Under the pieces are notes generated by a model, which saw only the letters and a list, made by a program, of their open reading frames with translations, was not told the DNA's origin and ran no database searches. Shown here one piece after another: positions 1 to 14,436 of a DNA stretch of 64,000 bases (its first letter is position 1; every line of letters begins with the position of its first letter). The stretch is from the human T2T-CHM13v2.0 reference genome, Homo sapiens: NCBI RefSeq assembly GCF_009914755.1, contig NC_060932.1; one strand, 5' to 3'. A program made the position numbers and the translations under genes.

Positions 1-259
1 CACAGCTCAGAGCTCAGCGCCTGTAACATAACCCTGTGCATGTGCAGGCCTCCCTCTGGGTCCACCTGCATGGGAGTCGAAGGCAACAGTGATGATACTC
101 ATGTTGCCTGCTGAGTCCTAAAGTACTTTTTCATACACAGGAGACTTGTGACTTCTACCAGCATCTATAAAATGATGACAGGGTAAATTGTAATCTTGTA
201 AGCAGGGTAGAAATCTCAGAGCTTCAAGTATTTTTAGCAGGTGGCTGGGGCAGAAAAGA

Positions 260-2060
260 GTTTTATAGAGATAGCATTATGATTTGGTCTACAATCCATT
301 TTGATTTAATTTTTAATTATGAAGTGACGTAGCATTTAATTTTTTTTTTGATGTAGATAGCCAGTTCTCCCAGCACTATGTTCAAAAAGGCTGCTCTTTC
401 TTCCATTGACCCTTGTTAAAAATCAGTTGACATTACATGAAAAAGTTTATTTCAGGACTCTCAATTCTATTCCATTGATCTATATGGTCATCCTAAGAGT
501 ACCATATTTCTTGATTACTTTTGTTTTATAGTAAGTTTTTAAACACAAAGGCATATGCCCTCCAACTTTTGTTCTTTTTGTTCAAGATTGTTCTAGTTAT
601 TTTGAATCCCGTAGATTTCCAAATAAATTTTAAAATAAATGTCATTTTTCTGCCAAAAAGGTCGCTGGAATTTTGATAGGGATTATGTTGAATCTGTACA
701 TCAATGTGGGATGCAATGACATCTTAAAAATATTGTGATCCAATCCATGAACATGTGATATCTTTCTATTTATTTGTCTTCTTTAATTTTTTTCAACATT
801 TTGTTGTTTTCAGTTTAAAAATCTTATGTTTATTTCTTAAAATTTATTCCTAAGTATATTTTTGATATTACTTAAGTGAAATTATTTTGTTTCATTTTTA
901 TATTTTTATGACCAGTATATGGAAATATAGTTTACTTTACTTTTACATACTAATTTTATGGTATTTTTTATTTGTGGATTCCTTAGAATTTTCTGTACAT
1001 AAGATCCTATCATCTGCAAATAAAATATGGCTTTTTCCTTTTCAATTAATACATCTTTTGTATCCTTTTCTTGCCTAATTGCCCTGGTTAGATTCACCAG
1101 TACAGTGGTGAATAGAAGTGGCCAAAGCAATAATTCTTGGCTTATTGCTGATCTTAGGGAGTAAATATTCTGTGGATTACAATTAGGTAAAATGTTAGTT
1201 ATGGGTTTTTCACAGATGTTATCAGGTGAAGAAATTTCCTTCTATTCTTTGTTTCTATCATGAAAGAAGGTTGGATTTTACAAATATTCTTTCTAAATAT
1301 TGAGATTATCATGTGGTTTTGTACTTTATTCTATTAATAGAGAATGCTTCATGTATGTATTTTTATAATAAAGCAATCTTACATTCTTGTGATAAATCCA
1401 GTTTTTCATGGTGTATCCTTTTTTACATGTTGCTTTGTTTTGTTAGCATTTTATTGAGGATACAGTTGTCTATATTTTTAAGGGATTCTGGTCTGTGTAC
1501 CTTTTCTTTTCCTGTGGTGTCTTTATCTAAATGTTTAAAGAAGAATTAACATAAATCCTTCACAAACTTTTGCAAGAATATAAAGGGATTTAACACTGCC
1601 AAACACATTCTATGAGGCCACAGAATAAGATGCCAAAACTAGACAAATCATCACATATGAAAAACATTTTTTCATTGATTTTTTCCCACTGTTTTCTAGT
1701 CTCTGTTTTGTTGTTTTAATGCTAAGCTTTATTTCCTTCCTTCTGCTTGCTTTGGGCTTAGTTTGCTATTCTTTGACTATTTCTTAAGGTGAAAGTTTAG
1801 GCTGTTGATTCGAGAATATGAGGCTATTGATTTCAGTTAAATATGGCAGGTTTTCATTATACATGCATACGTAAGCCCTTATTTAGCAGTATTCCATAAA
1901 TATGTTTGTTGTGTGTTCAATTTTCATTCATATAAAAGCATTTTCTAATTTCCATTATGATTTTTTTTCATTGATGTGTTAGTTACTTGGAAGTGGAAGT
2001 ACTTTAATTAATTGCTTAATTTCACTATATCTGTAAATTTCCCAAACTTTCTCCTACTGT
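260..2060 (-). mobile_element. Old L1M (LINE-1 ORF2 region) fragment with an internal inverted segment
   Basis: Antisense L1 ORF2 motifs such as 'ccagttctcccagcac', 'gaatctgtacatcaat' and 'atcatctgcaaat'. The ORF at 906-1130 resembles decayed ORF2 (VLVNLTRAIRQEK). Confidence 0.85.
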
Positions 2061-4904
2061 AAATAGACGTATTGGAGTGCCAAGGTACTAGAGAAGCACA
2101 TGCGAGATAACAGGCAGCAGTTTATGTTTCCTATTCAATCACATCTACATAAATGCATTCTTTGTTTGATATAACAAATTATAATAAAAATTATAATTTA
2201 ATAATACAAATATGGGATTCTAAATTAGGTCACTTAAGCCTAAGGACATTTAGGAGGGTCAAAACCATCACAGTGTATTCTCACAAGGACTGAATGGAAG
2301 AAAAATATTTAAAAAATAGTACCATAAATATTTTCATAAATCAAAATGAGCTTTGCATAATTATTTCTGTTCTGTCTTTACAGGGAACTGTTTGCATAGC
2401 CATAGATTATTTTAAAAATAAGGCAACATAAAGGGGATGAAATATTCTGTTCCTATTTAAAAATATATTTTTGTTATTGCTAGAAAGTATAAACTGAAGG
2501 CAAAATGATACTTCACTGGTGGTATCTGGGAGAACACAGACGATCTAATGAAGAAGAGTTCGAGAGCTTCGGCAACCCACATATGACCATCTCCACCTGC
2601 AGAACTTCATAAAAAGATATATTGAAAATATGAATAAAAGATAAACAACACATCAAACCTTTTGAGAGTATTTAGCGATTGGACAGCTACATGATTGATA
2701 AAATTATTGCAATGGTAATGACAGGAAAGAAAGAACATTAATCAATATATAATTCCTTTAAGCTCAAATCTTTTATATAGCTTTCTCCCCAGGATTTTTA
2801 TTGAATACAATCAAAGCCAGTTTCAAAAACTGCAGCAAACATATTGTGTGCTGTGCTTCACCAATAACATTACACAGCCCCTTTTGCTGGTGTCATCTGA
2901 TATCTAAGCATGATGTGTTGCAGTTTGTCTACTCCATCTCATTTCTACCATCATTTCTCTTCAGTGTCTACCACGTGGTAGGCACTATTCTAGGTACAGA
3001 ATTCTGAGCACATATAGTTAGGATTTGAGTGGTTTTTGAGTTTAGAGTTAGTGAGTGGAATTTGGTAATAAATAATTTTAAATGTAGGGACGAAGTGCAG
3101 CTGAAAGGAATTTTTTCTCTTTACATCTCTCTTTCTTTGGAATGCTTAGCTCTCATCACATGCCAGGCCCCACGTGCCAGCCCTGCTGTCTCAAGCTTTG
3201 CTGGAGGTTGGACATTGTCATCTGTGCCACTGCTCTGGAAGCAGGGAAGCAGAGCAGCCACAGGTCCCAGCATCAGAAGGGCTTCTACAGAGGAATCTAT
3301 GGACTCTTCTTGAACTTGGTATATATCCTTAGCCAGCACAAGGGCATAGAATAACAATTTCAATCTGATTAATTCTAGATGTTGTTTTACTCCTAAACCT
3401 TAGGGTATGATAATATAAAGAAGATTGAATGAGAGGTTTTCATTTGTACAACATGAAATCTGATAATTCAGGAATGATGTTGTAAATAATGTAGACATTT
3501 TTCAAACTGGCAGTTGGTGAAAAGAAAGTTAATAGCAAACCAAAAAATAATAAAGAATGAAATGAAAGACTGAATAAATATGAAAATAATTTGCTTTCTG
3601 GTAGTTTCTTTAAAAGATCCCCAAATTGCAAGAATCTTACTGTATTAAATTTCATCACATTTTGTTCTTTTGAGTAAATATCAAGAGTTTTCAGAGGTCC
3701 TTTGAGACTGAAGTAAAGGTAATGATTAGTTTGATTAATGTCACTAATTTATATAAAAATGCAAATATTGTAATACTCCATAACACTCTCCAAAAGATTT
3801 TGCTTCGCTTTCATTATGTAACCACTCTTATTTTCAATTTTCTTTTGCCCCATCAAGCACGTTTTTCTCTCAATATGTTATGTTATCACTCTAAATATAA
3901 TTTTGTTTTATAAAAGTTTCACTGGGATTATTTTGACAACACATTCACATTTTTTCATTCAATCCCTATTTCCATTGTGGTAATTGTCATGAGACTTGCA
4001 TTTCTGGAGAGGAAGAGTGGAAAGCACTCTATTATTACAGCCCAGAAAGAGTGTTGAAGTCACTTTTTCCAGAGAAGCACAGCACAAATACACGGATTGC
4101 TCATGTTAAAGGGCAAAGCCTCAGCACATTGGGCACCTTCATAATTTTGTGATAATGTAAGTATTGTTAAATATGTTTACTGGGGCTTTGTAACTGAATG
4201 TTGCCCTCAAAGTCTAGACAGAATTCATGTGTGGCAAAAGCAGTAGAGCAGAAATCTTAAAAATATTGTTTATAAGGCATATTTGTATCTAGTTACAGTG
4301 AGTATAACATACAGTATTACTCTTGAAATGCCACTTTCTTAAAGGCATGTCCATAAAATTACTCCAAAAATACAATATCAGGTGTTAAAACATCAGAGGA
4401 TATTACCTTAGTTTCTTGTGCCAATGTAGCATTGTGAACTTGAAATTTTGCAGTGTTCAAAATATAGGAAATGCAAAGAGAATCTATCAATCTTCAACAA
4501 GTTAATTCTAAACTGACATTGATATAATAGTTTCTAAAAAAACAATTCTGAAGTTTTTTTTCTTTACATTTGGGAAGATAAAGTTTTCAGAAGAACATTT
4601 CATATCCATGAAGAGAAGTATTTGCCCTGCAGAAATTAGACTAATTTTCATTTTAACTGGTCTCATATTCCATTCATTCTAAAGGGTTTCACACATATGT
4701 CTCAATATTGTACTAATTATGTTACATTTAACATTTGCAGTTCTCCTAAAAAAACTACATGGTTTTCTAAATAAAAATTACTTTTTTTCTAATGAGGAAT
4801 CTTTGAATATTTGAGATATTCAACCCAGATATTAGGTCTCCTAGTGAGTCATAGGATAGGACAGATTCTTGAAAGCCACCACAGAGGTCTTTTCTCATTT
4901 TGTT

Positions 4905-5460
4905 TTAACTTTTTATCTATGGAAATGTTAAAGCTAACACAGAATTACAAAGAATATATAATGAATTCTCATGTGCTCGACATATAACTTTAACAATTGT
5001 GTACATTTGACCAATTTTGTTTCATTTACATACCAACTACATTTTAAAAATATTTTGGCTCTGGAATTTTTTTTTAACTCACAGATGATGTCATTTTATT
5101 GATAAATAAGTATTCATCTATAAATACATTGTTTTTACTGAAACTAAGTTATTTTTTCTATAAAATTTTACATATTCTTGATCTGCCCCATTTCATCTCC
5201 ATGATGTCATTGTTCATGTTCCTTATACTCTACATTTTTTTGTAAATTTGTTGATAAATCTAGAGGCTTAATCATATGTAGTTCTGATAGTTAAAAGAAA
5301 TTATTTTATAGGTGATCCTTATTCATTGCCTCCATCCATTTTTATTTTCCACTGGGGGCTGAAAAAACAAGGTATCCAAATGCAATCACTCCTTCTGCAT
5401 GCACTAGCTGGAATTCTTCTATAAAGAACTTCCCATCATCAACTACTTGGTTACCATGGC
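4905..5460 (-). mobile_element. L1MC/ME-type 3' end fragment
   Basis: Starts 'ttttaactttttatctatggaaatgttaaagctaacacag' and ends 'ttcttctataaagaacttcccatcatcaactacttggttacc', resembling old L1 3' UTRs. Confidence 0.55.
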
Positions 5461-6036
5461 TACACTGCACACAGTTCTGCTGTGTCCTCCTTGCGGAGAA
5501 GGCTCCTTCTGGCCTATAAGTTGAAGTTTAAAGAGTTCTTCAGGTCTTTACATTTTTCTAAAATCTGATTCTACATTTTTTAAAAAACAACGTCAGTTTC
5601 CATTAATCCCCAGAACTTAATGTTCCAGTGAAGAAAGATCCCTCATACATATATATTTTTCTGCTTTTCTCAATTTTAATGATGCTGTTATATCAGTAAG
5701 AATTTTGTTTTCTTCCATATTCTAAACTTTTGCTAAATTCCTAACTTATTCATGAAGATCCACTGATATTTCTCGTTTGAATTCATCCTATCCTTATGAT
5801 CAATATTAGATCATCACTTCTCATTTATTTGATATATTAGCTATTTATTTGCAACTGAATAAAGATTCCGAAAATGACCATGCTTTGTAGACCTCAGCAC
5901 TCCTATTACACCTCTTGTCCCATGGTTTTTAATAAAAACTTGTTATATTTATTTATTTATTTGTGGGGAGAAAAAAAGCAGCAACATTTCTGAGTTACAA
6001 ATTTGATGATATCACTGTTACAGTATGCTATTTACA

Positions 6037-6696
<660 letters not shown>

Positions 6697-8984
6697 CTAG
6701 TAATAATAGGGAAGGTACAGTTAAAACTGGCATAAAATTCATAAATCTTTGTGCATTAAAAATACTATTAATTGAGTTTCTATTCATGTTATTAAAACTT
6801 ATAATATAGGAATAGGGAGACTTTAAAGTCCATTAAAACTGTCATATCTAACTCCTTTTTTAAAAAATAAATAAAGTCCAAAATCTGAACATTTTTTTTC
6901 TTCTGCTTATTTTTTGAAAAGATGTCTGGATAGGCATTGCAGTGTCATTGACAGGCAGAGCTGCACCATTGACTTATTTCATGTGTTGTGATCAGCATGA
7001 CCAGTCTGGACAGCTGCTTTGGTGCTTACCTTATAAAACTATAGGCAATATTTGCTTGAAGTACAAAGTAGTCTAACTTTATAGTAGCATAATTTTGTCC
7101 AGTAATTTTGTCACAAAATAGATAAATGGAATAGCAATTTAAATGCATAATATACTACTTTATGCCAATACAGTAAATCTCATCAAATTTAGGAGATTTT
7201 CTTAAACTTTTTTACCTTTCTGTATTCATTGAACAGAACTGTCTTCTACTATATAATGATGCTTGCATGTGTCTGAAATAACAGATTATCTGAAGGTGAA
7301 TTGCCCAGTATTACTGCAACAATGCATAGTTTCTAGTTTCTATTATTAAAAATAGACAAGTTTAATTATTTCATTTCCATTTATACGGTTTTAATATATG
7401 ATCATATATTCTGTTCAATTCATTTTAAGAAAGACCACGAGGAAAACATGACAAGAATGGAGAGGAGGGCAGACTAAAAGGAAAAAAGCTGCAGCAAAAG
7501 AGGAAGGAATGTCTCTCAAAAAAAAAAAAAAACAAAAATTGAAATATTATGCACCATATTAAAATACAAGAAAAAGTAATACAGAATGTATACGGTGCAC
7601 AATTTAACACCAAAATATTTATCATCCGAAATAAATACATGCAATTAATTAAAAAATAAAGATTAAGACACTACATATGAGTCTATTTAAAATAATAGTA
7701 ATATTTAAATATTCTACGGTACAGAAAGGTAAAAAAATTTAAGAAGAGTTACTCTTTTGTTATAAACTGTTAGATAGATTCATGACTCAGAGATAACTCT
7801 GAGATTGCTTATTTACAAAATTTTAAATGCATCCTATTATAATAATAATAAATTGCAAAAAGAATAAATTGCAAACAAATGACAATACAATCACAGATTG
7901 TAAATATGAATTATTATATGTAAAGAAAAAGAACAAAATGGACACCAGAGCAAACCTTTTAAACTTTACTTATCTTAAATACACAAAGCAATGCAAAAGG
8001 CTAAGAAATGAGATACGAGTTACAACAATTTGAAAGAAAGAAACAAAACTCTCATTTTGTGCAGATGGTTTCTACCTAGAGAAACCTAGATTATGTATAA
8101 CTTTTTGTTCATCTAAAATGAGTGAATATTTCTCATGAAGAAGGCTAATAGAATTTAAGAATAGATACAAAGCAAACAATTGCAATGTGATACTTTATTC
8201 AATCAAAGTATAAAACTCATGTAAAATATTAAAATTTATAAAAATTTGTGATTCACATATTTTTATAATTTACTTGTATTTTTGGTCAGACTATCTCATA
8301 ATGTGAAAGAAAAATTAATCATAATGGGTTGAAACATTTCTGATGAGAATAACAATATAAAATTACATAATACTAGAAAAACTTCAAGATATTTACAAAG
8401 ATAATTATGAAACTATAATGAAAGTCATATAATGAAGCATTTAGCTGAGTAGATATACCTTGTAGTGTCAGAGGTAAATACTCAATATTTTAAATATTAT
8501 GTTTCTGCCAATTACTCTTTAAACTCAAACAGAATTTCAAAAAATACTTATGGATCTTGGCAGTTGTTGCCACAGCTTATCAAACCAGCCAAAAATTAAG
8601 AAAATTCAGTAAGTATGTGTCTGTTATCTCCTTACAGAAGACAAAAGCTTAAAACTGTAATAGATTGTTTTCACATTGTTATATTTACAGCACGTTAGTA
8701 GGATTAGGTAGGCTAAGATCAATAGTCTGTTGGAATTAATTCAGTTTACATTTTCCTTTTTTAGGGAGATTCAATAAGATAAAACTGGACTTTTGTAGGC
8801 TTTTTACTTACAAAAGGATCTTGGCTGTATCTCTTTAAGATGTAAATGATAGCTCCTATTTTTGTGCAGGCTTTTAAATTATTGAAATTCTGAAAGTATG
8901 ATTAGAGTAGGCAGAATATTTATGAACTGTTGATGTTGATAATTATTTAAGACATCACATATTTCACAATATCTGACTTTATAA

Positions 8985-9590
8985 AAATAGACTAATTTTT
9001 TTGGAGCAGTTTTAGGTTCACAGCAAAATTGACCAAGAAATACAGAGGATTCCGATACATGCACTGCCCTCACAAACACACAACCTCCCTTGCCACCGAC
9101 ATTCCTCTCCAGGGTGGTACATTTGTTATAATCAATGAACTGACACTGATACATGATTATTACTCAAAGTCCCTGGTTTACATTAGGGTTCACTCCAGTT
9201 CTGCTATATTCTATGAGATTTGATAACTGCATAATGACATATATCCATCATTGTTGTATATCATACAGAAAAGTTTTGATGGCTTAAAAATCCCCTCTGC
9301 TCTAACTATCCATTCCTTCTCTCCCTCAGGGTTAGAACCCCTGGCACCCACTGATTCTTTTTTTGTTTTTGTTTGTTTGTTTGTTTTTCACATGTCTACA
9401 TGTACCACAGTTTATTCACTTACTGAGGGACATTTTGGTTGCTTCCAAGGTTTGGCAATTATGAATTATCTGCTATAAACATCCACGTGCAGGTATTTGT
9501 GAGGAATACGTTTTCAACTCATTTGGATAAATAAACATCAAGAAGCACAATTGCTGAAATGTATGATAGAATACATTTACTTTTGTAAGA
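8985..9590 (-). mobile_element. L1MC/MD 3' end
   Basis: 'gagcagttttaggttcacagcaaaattg...cattagggttcactc...ggacattttggttgcttcca' is typical of an antisense L1MC 3' UTR. Confidence 0.8.
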
Positions 9591-10429
9591 AATTTGACTA
9601 GCTTTAAAAATTTATTTTTCCATTCTTCCAGAGACTAAATTCTGACACTCAGTCAGTTGCAACTTAGTTTTTCTTGTATCTGCAATGTTTTAATAAATGG
9701 CTTGTCTAATTATAAGCATAAAAATAAAAAGGTTGCTTTTTCTGAAATTCATGTCTCATATTACATATAAAATATATCTGATACATAGCAAACATGTTAA
9801 CTTTTTATCTAAGTTATTAAAATATGAGTGATTATATTTATAAAGTTAACATTGATTAAGCAAGATCTTAAAACAAAAACAGTATTAAAGAAAGAAAAAT
9901 AGTTTGGAATTCCTAATAATTATAAAATTTATATCTCAATTACTATAACAAAAGGTAAATTACTAGTGAAACACTGTAAGAAGATATTTGCAAATTACTT
10001 AAGGTAAATTTGACAATTTCAGGTATGAGTTTGGATCAGTCTTGCCCCTTTTAGACAGTTTGTACTGAGAAAAGCCTGGGACAAGTACATCTGAGGATTG
10101 GAGGTAAACTCAATGGATACTTGGTTTCAGAAAAATTGCACGTAATACCTGGTGCAGCAGCTCATTTCTAAAAGGGGTCAAGGTGCTTAATTCCTCATTC
10201 TATTTGTCTAACAAAGGGAAATAAATGTCCTTTCCAGAGGAAGCCTCTGCAGTTACTTTAATTGCAATGTTCAGACTACAACAAAGGGTATGTTTGGGCC
10301 TGCAAACATGCAATAAATATAATTATAGTCAGGAATTATTGGGAAATACAGTTAAGAGAATGAACTCACAAATTATTCTGATATTGCTGTTAACAAATAC
10401 CTTGAAAGTCTGTGATTTTATTGTTTAAA

Positions 10430-11190
10430 AAACAGAAAATAAATATGCAAAAGAAAGAATGCAGATTTTCACCAGAAAATTTGAATCTATATAAAAAATA
10501 AAATTATAAGTAGAAAATTAAAGTACCTAAAATCAAAAACTAAATGGAATAGTGAACAATAAAGCAGTTCAATGGAATGCAACTAATTTGAAGCATAGAG
10601 AGACAAAATATGAAAAAAATGAACAATGCATTAGAGATGTGGGAACAGTCAAAAGATATACCACATTTACAAGTGGACTTGTAGAAAAAAGGAGTAAGAG
10701 AAATGGGACACTAGCCACATTCAAAGAGGTGATGGTTGATGATTTTTGGAGGCTGATGAAAGGCAATAACCCACAGATTTAAGTTATCTCAATTTATATA
10801 GTAAAGTAGGGAAACAAAGAACAATTAATGATCATTTTAACAGATGTAGAAAAATCATTTTATAAAATTCAGTAACTATTCATGATAAAACATTTAGCAA
10901 ACTGGAATAAAAGTGAAATTCTTTAATCTGATAGAGTATCTGTTAAATAGAACAACATATTTTCTTCATAATAAAATTTCTATTGTACTGGAAGTCTCAT
11001 TTAATATTCAAAGTTATAGTCATTACAATTAGACAAATTATTTTTAAAGGCATAAGGACTTGGAAAAGAATAAATAGAATTATCATTACATGCAGAAGAC
11101 CTAGTTGTGTATACAGAACATTCAAAAAATCAATAGACATACTAGTGGAATTAATAACTAAAAACAAAATCTTCATTTATGTAATCCATA
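10430..11190 (+). mobile_element. Old L1ME-like ORF1/ORF2 remnants
   Basis: A-rich sense L1 motifs such as 'agatgtagaaaaatcattttataaaattc' and 'ttacatgcagaagacctagttgtgtatacagaa'. Confidence 0.6.
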
Positions 11191-11545
11191 CAAATTTAAA
11201 AAAAAAAGAGCAGTTTTAACTTCACATCAACTCAAGAGGAAGGTATAGAGATTTCCCATATACCTTTTATCCCCACATACACACAGTTTCACCCATTATC
11301 AATATCTCCCATTAGAGAGATGCATTTTTTTTTACAATTAATGAAACTGCATTGGCACATCATACTAACCCAGAGCCCTTAGTTTACATTAGGATTCACT
11401 CTTGGTTTTGTGCATTCTATGCATATGGACAAACGCATAATGATATGTATCCATTGTTATAGTATAGTACAAAGTATTTTCATTGACCTAAGATTCCTCT
11501 GTGTTTTTCCCACATCCCCATCTCCAACTCTTGGAAACCATTGAT

Positions 11546-11851
<306 letters not shown>

Positions 11852-13334
11852 CCACAGATCTTTTTACTCTCTCCATAGTTTTGATGTTTCTAGAATGTCA
11901 TATAGTTGATATCATATAGTGCATTGCCTTTTCAGATTGGCATCTTTCACTTAGCATTATGCATTTAAGATTCCTCTTTGTGTTTTTGTGGCTTGATTGC
12001 TCATATATTTTTAGTGATGAATAATATTTCAATGTCTGGATGTACCAAAGTTTATCTGTTCCCCTAATGAAAAGACATTTTGGTTATTTCCAAGTTTTGC
12101 AATTATGACTACAGCTTCTGTAAACATTTGTGTGCAGGTAGTTTTGTGAACAAGTTTTTTTTTTTTTTTTTGTAGATAATTTCTCAACTCCTTTGGGCAA
12201 ATACTAAAGAGTACAATTGTTGTATTGTATGGTAAGAATATGTTTAGTTTTATAAGAAACTGCCAAACTATCTTCCAAAGTGGCTACAGATTTATATCTG
12301 AGTGTTTTATTTTGGAGAATGCTTATCTAAATGCTGTTGTCTTTTAATTTCAAATTCCACTTGTTCATTGCTATTTAATAATATACTAAAAATTGATTGG
12401 CTTTGTATATTGACCTTGTACCCTTCAAACTTGCTATATTTACTGATTAATTCAAGGAGTGGTTTGTTGATTCTTTCAGAATTTTTATGCAATCATGCTG
12501 TCAGAGAACAAAAATAGTTTTATTTCTTCCTTCTCAATTTGTACACATTTTGTTTTCTTTTCTTGTCTTATTGCATTAGCTATGCCTAATAGTAGGATTG
12601 TGAAAAGAAGTGGTGAAAGGGGACTTTTTTTGTCTTGTTTTCATCATAAGTATGATGTTAGACATAGATTTTTGTAGATATTCTTTATCAAGTTAAGGAA
12701 GTCCCCCTACTATTCCTAGTTTACAAGAGAAGTTTTAATAGCTTTTAAAAGCATTGTGTGTATTTTACCATATTGGTATATTTACCATTTTGGTAAAACA
12801 TACATACCATAATATTTACTATTTTAACCATTTTCAAGCATACAACTCCAGGCAATAAATACCTTTACGTTACTATGCAAAAATCACCACTATCCACTTC
12901 CAAAACAATTTCATCATCTTAACATAAACTATGTGCCCATTAAAAATAAATCGCAATTACCTCTTCCCCCAGCCCCTAATTGCCACTATTCTATGTTCTG
13001 GCCTTAAAAATTTTTTGCCAATTAAAACATATAAGAGCAATAATACAGTACTCGGCCTTTTAAGACTGGCTTATTTCACTTAGATAATGTTTTATAAATT
13101 CATCCATATTATATCATGTATCAAATGTCACTCCTTGTTAAGGCTTAATAGTATTGCACTGTATGTATGTGCCACATTTGGGTATACACATGGACATCTG
13201 GATTGTTTCTACCTTTGGAGCATTGTGAATAATGATGCTACAAACACTCATGTACACATATCTGTTCAAACCCCTGCTTTCAATTATTTGGGGTGTATAC
13301 TGAGAGGTGGAATTTCTGGATCAAACCTTGCAAA

Positions 13335-13448
13335 ATTTTTAAAATTTATTGCAGAGATGGGGTCTCACTATGTTGCCCAGGCTGGTCTCAAACTCTGGGG
13401 CTCAAGTGATCCTCTCTCCTTGGCCTATGAAAGTGCTGATATTACAGG
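13335..13448 (-). mobile_element. Alu monomer fragment (FLAM/AluJ-like)
   Basis: 'gagatggggtctcactatgttgcccaggctggtctcaaactc...gattacagg'. Confidence 0.85.
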
Positions 13449-14411
13449 TTTATTTTTCTTTCAGCACTTTGAATATATCCCCTACCTGCCTTCTGGCCTC
13501 CAAGGTTTCTGATGAGACATCTGCTGATAATCTTATTGAAGATCCCTGTAATGTGATAAATTATTTCTCCCTTTCTGCTTTCATTTTTTTGTCTTTGGTT
13601 TTCAAAACTTTGATTATAATGTGTCTTGGTTTTTATCTCCTTTTGAATCTTATTTTGAGTTTGCTTATATTCATGTCTTTCATCATATGTGTGTTTTCGG
13701 TCATGATGTCCTAAAACATCCATTCTGCCCCTTTCTCTCTCTCTTCTTATTCTGACACTACCATACTGCATACATTGCTCTGCTTGATGATGTCCCACTT
13801 GATGACTCTGTTCACTTTTCTTTAACCTTTTAATATTTCATCATGTTCATTGTCCTATTCTCAAGTTCACTGATTCTTGCTTCTGTCTGCTCACATTTGC
13901 TTTTGAATCCCAGAAAAGCAGGAATTCAACATTGACTCAGTTTAATTTTAGTTATTGTACTTTTCATTTCCAGAATTTATTTTTGGTTTCCTTTTTCTTT
14001 TTACTGACAACACTATTTTGTTCATATATCATAAGCTTGACTTTCTCCACACCTTCCTTTAGTTAGTTGAGCATCCTTAAGATAGTTTTAAAGTCTTTAG
14101 CAGATCTACCATCTGGTTTTCCTCAGTGAAAGTTTTTGTTTATTTCTTGGAATGGACTATACTTACTTGTCTTTTCTATGCCTTGTTATTTTTTGTTGAA
14201 AAGTGAATGCTTGAATTCTAATAATGTGGTAACTCATTTCCCCCCTTTTCTAGGTTATGCAGATTCCCTTCCCTTCCCAGGGTTTGCTGCTTTTTGCTTT
14301 TGTTTTTGTTTTAATTGTATGCTGTTTTGTGCTGAGAATTAGCCTGAGACATAAATTTAAGGTCTTCTCAGGTCTTTCTCTGAACATGAATGATCACTTT
14401 CTAATTTTCTC

Positions 14412-14436
14412 TGTGTGTGTGTGTGTGTGTGTGTGT
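14412..14436. repeat. (TG)n microsatellite
   Basis: About 12 TG units read directly. Confidence 0.95.

Noticed and set aside
5450-5463. X-box-like GTTACCATGGCTAC
   Set aside because: It sits at the edge of an L1 remnant, is imperfect and has no supporting context.
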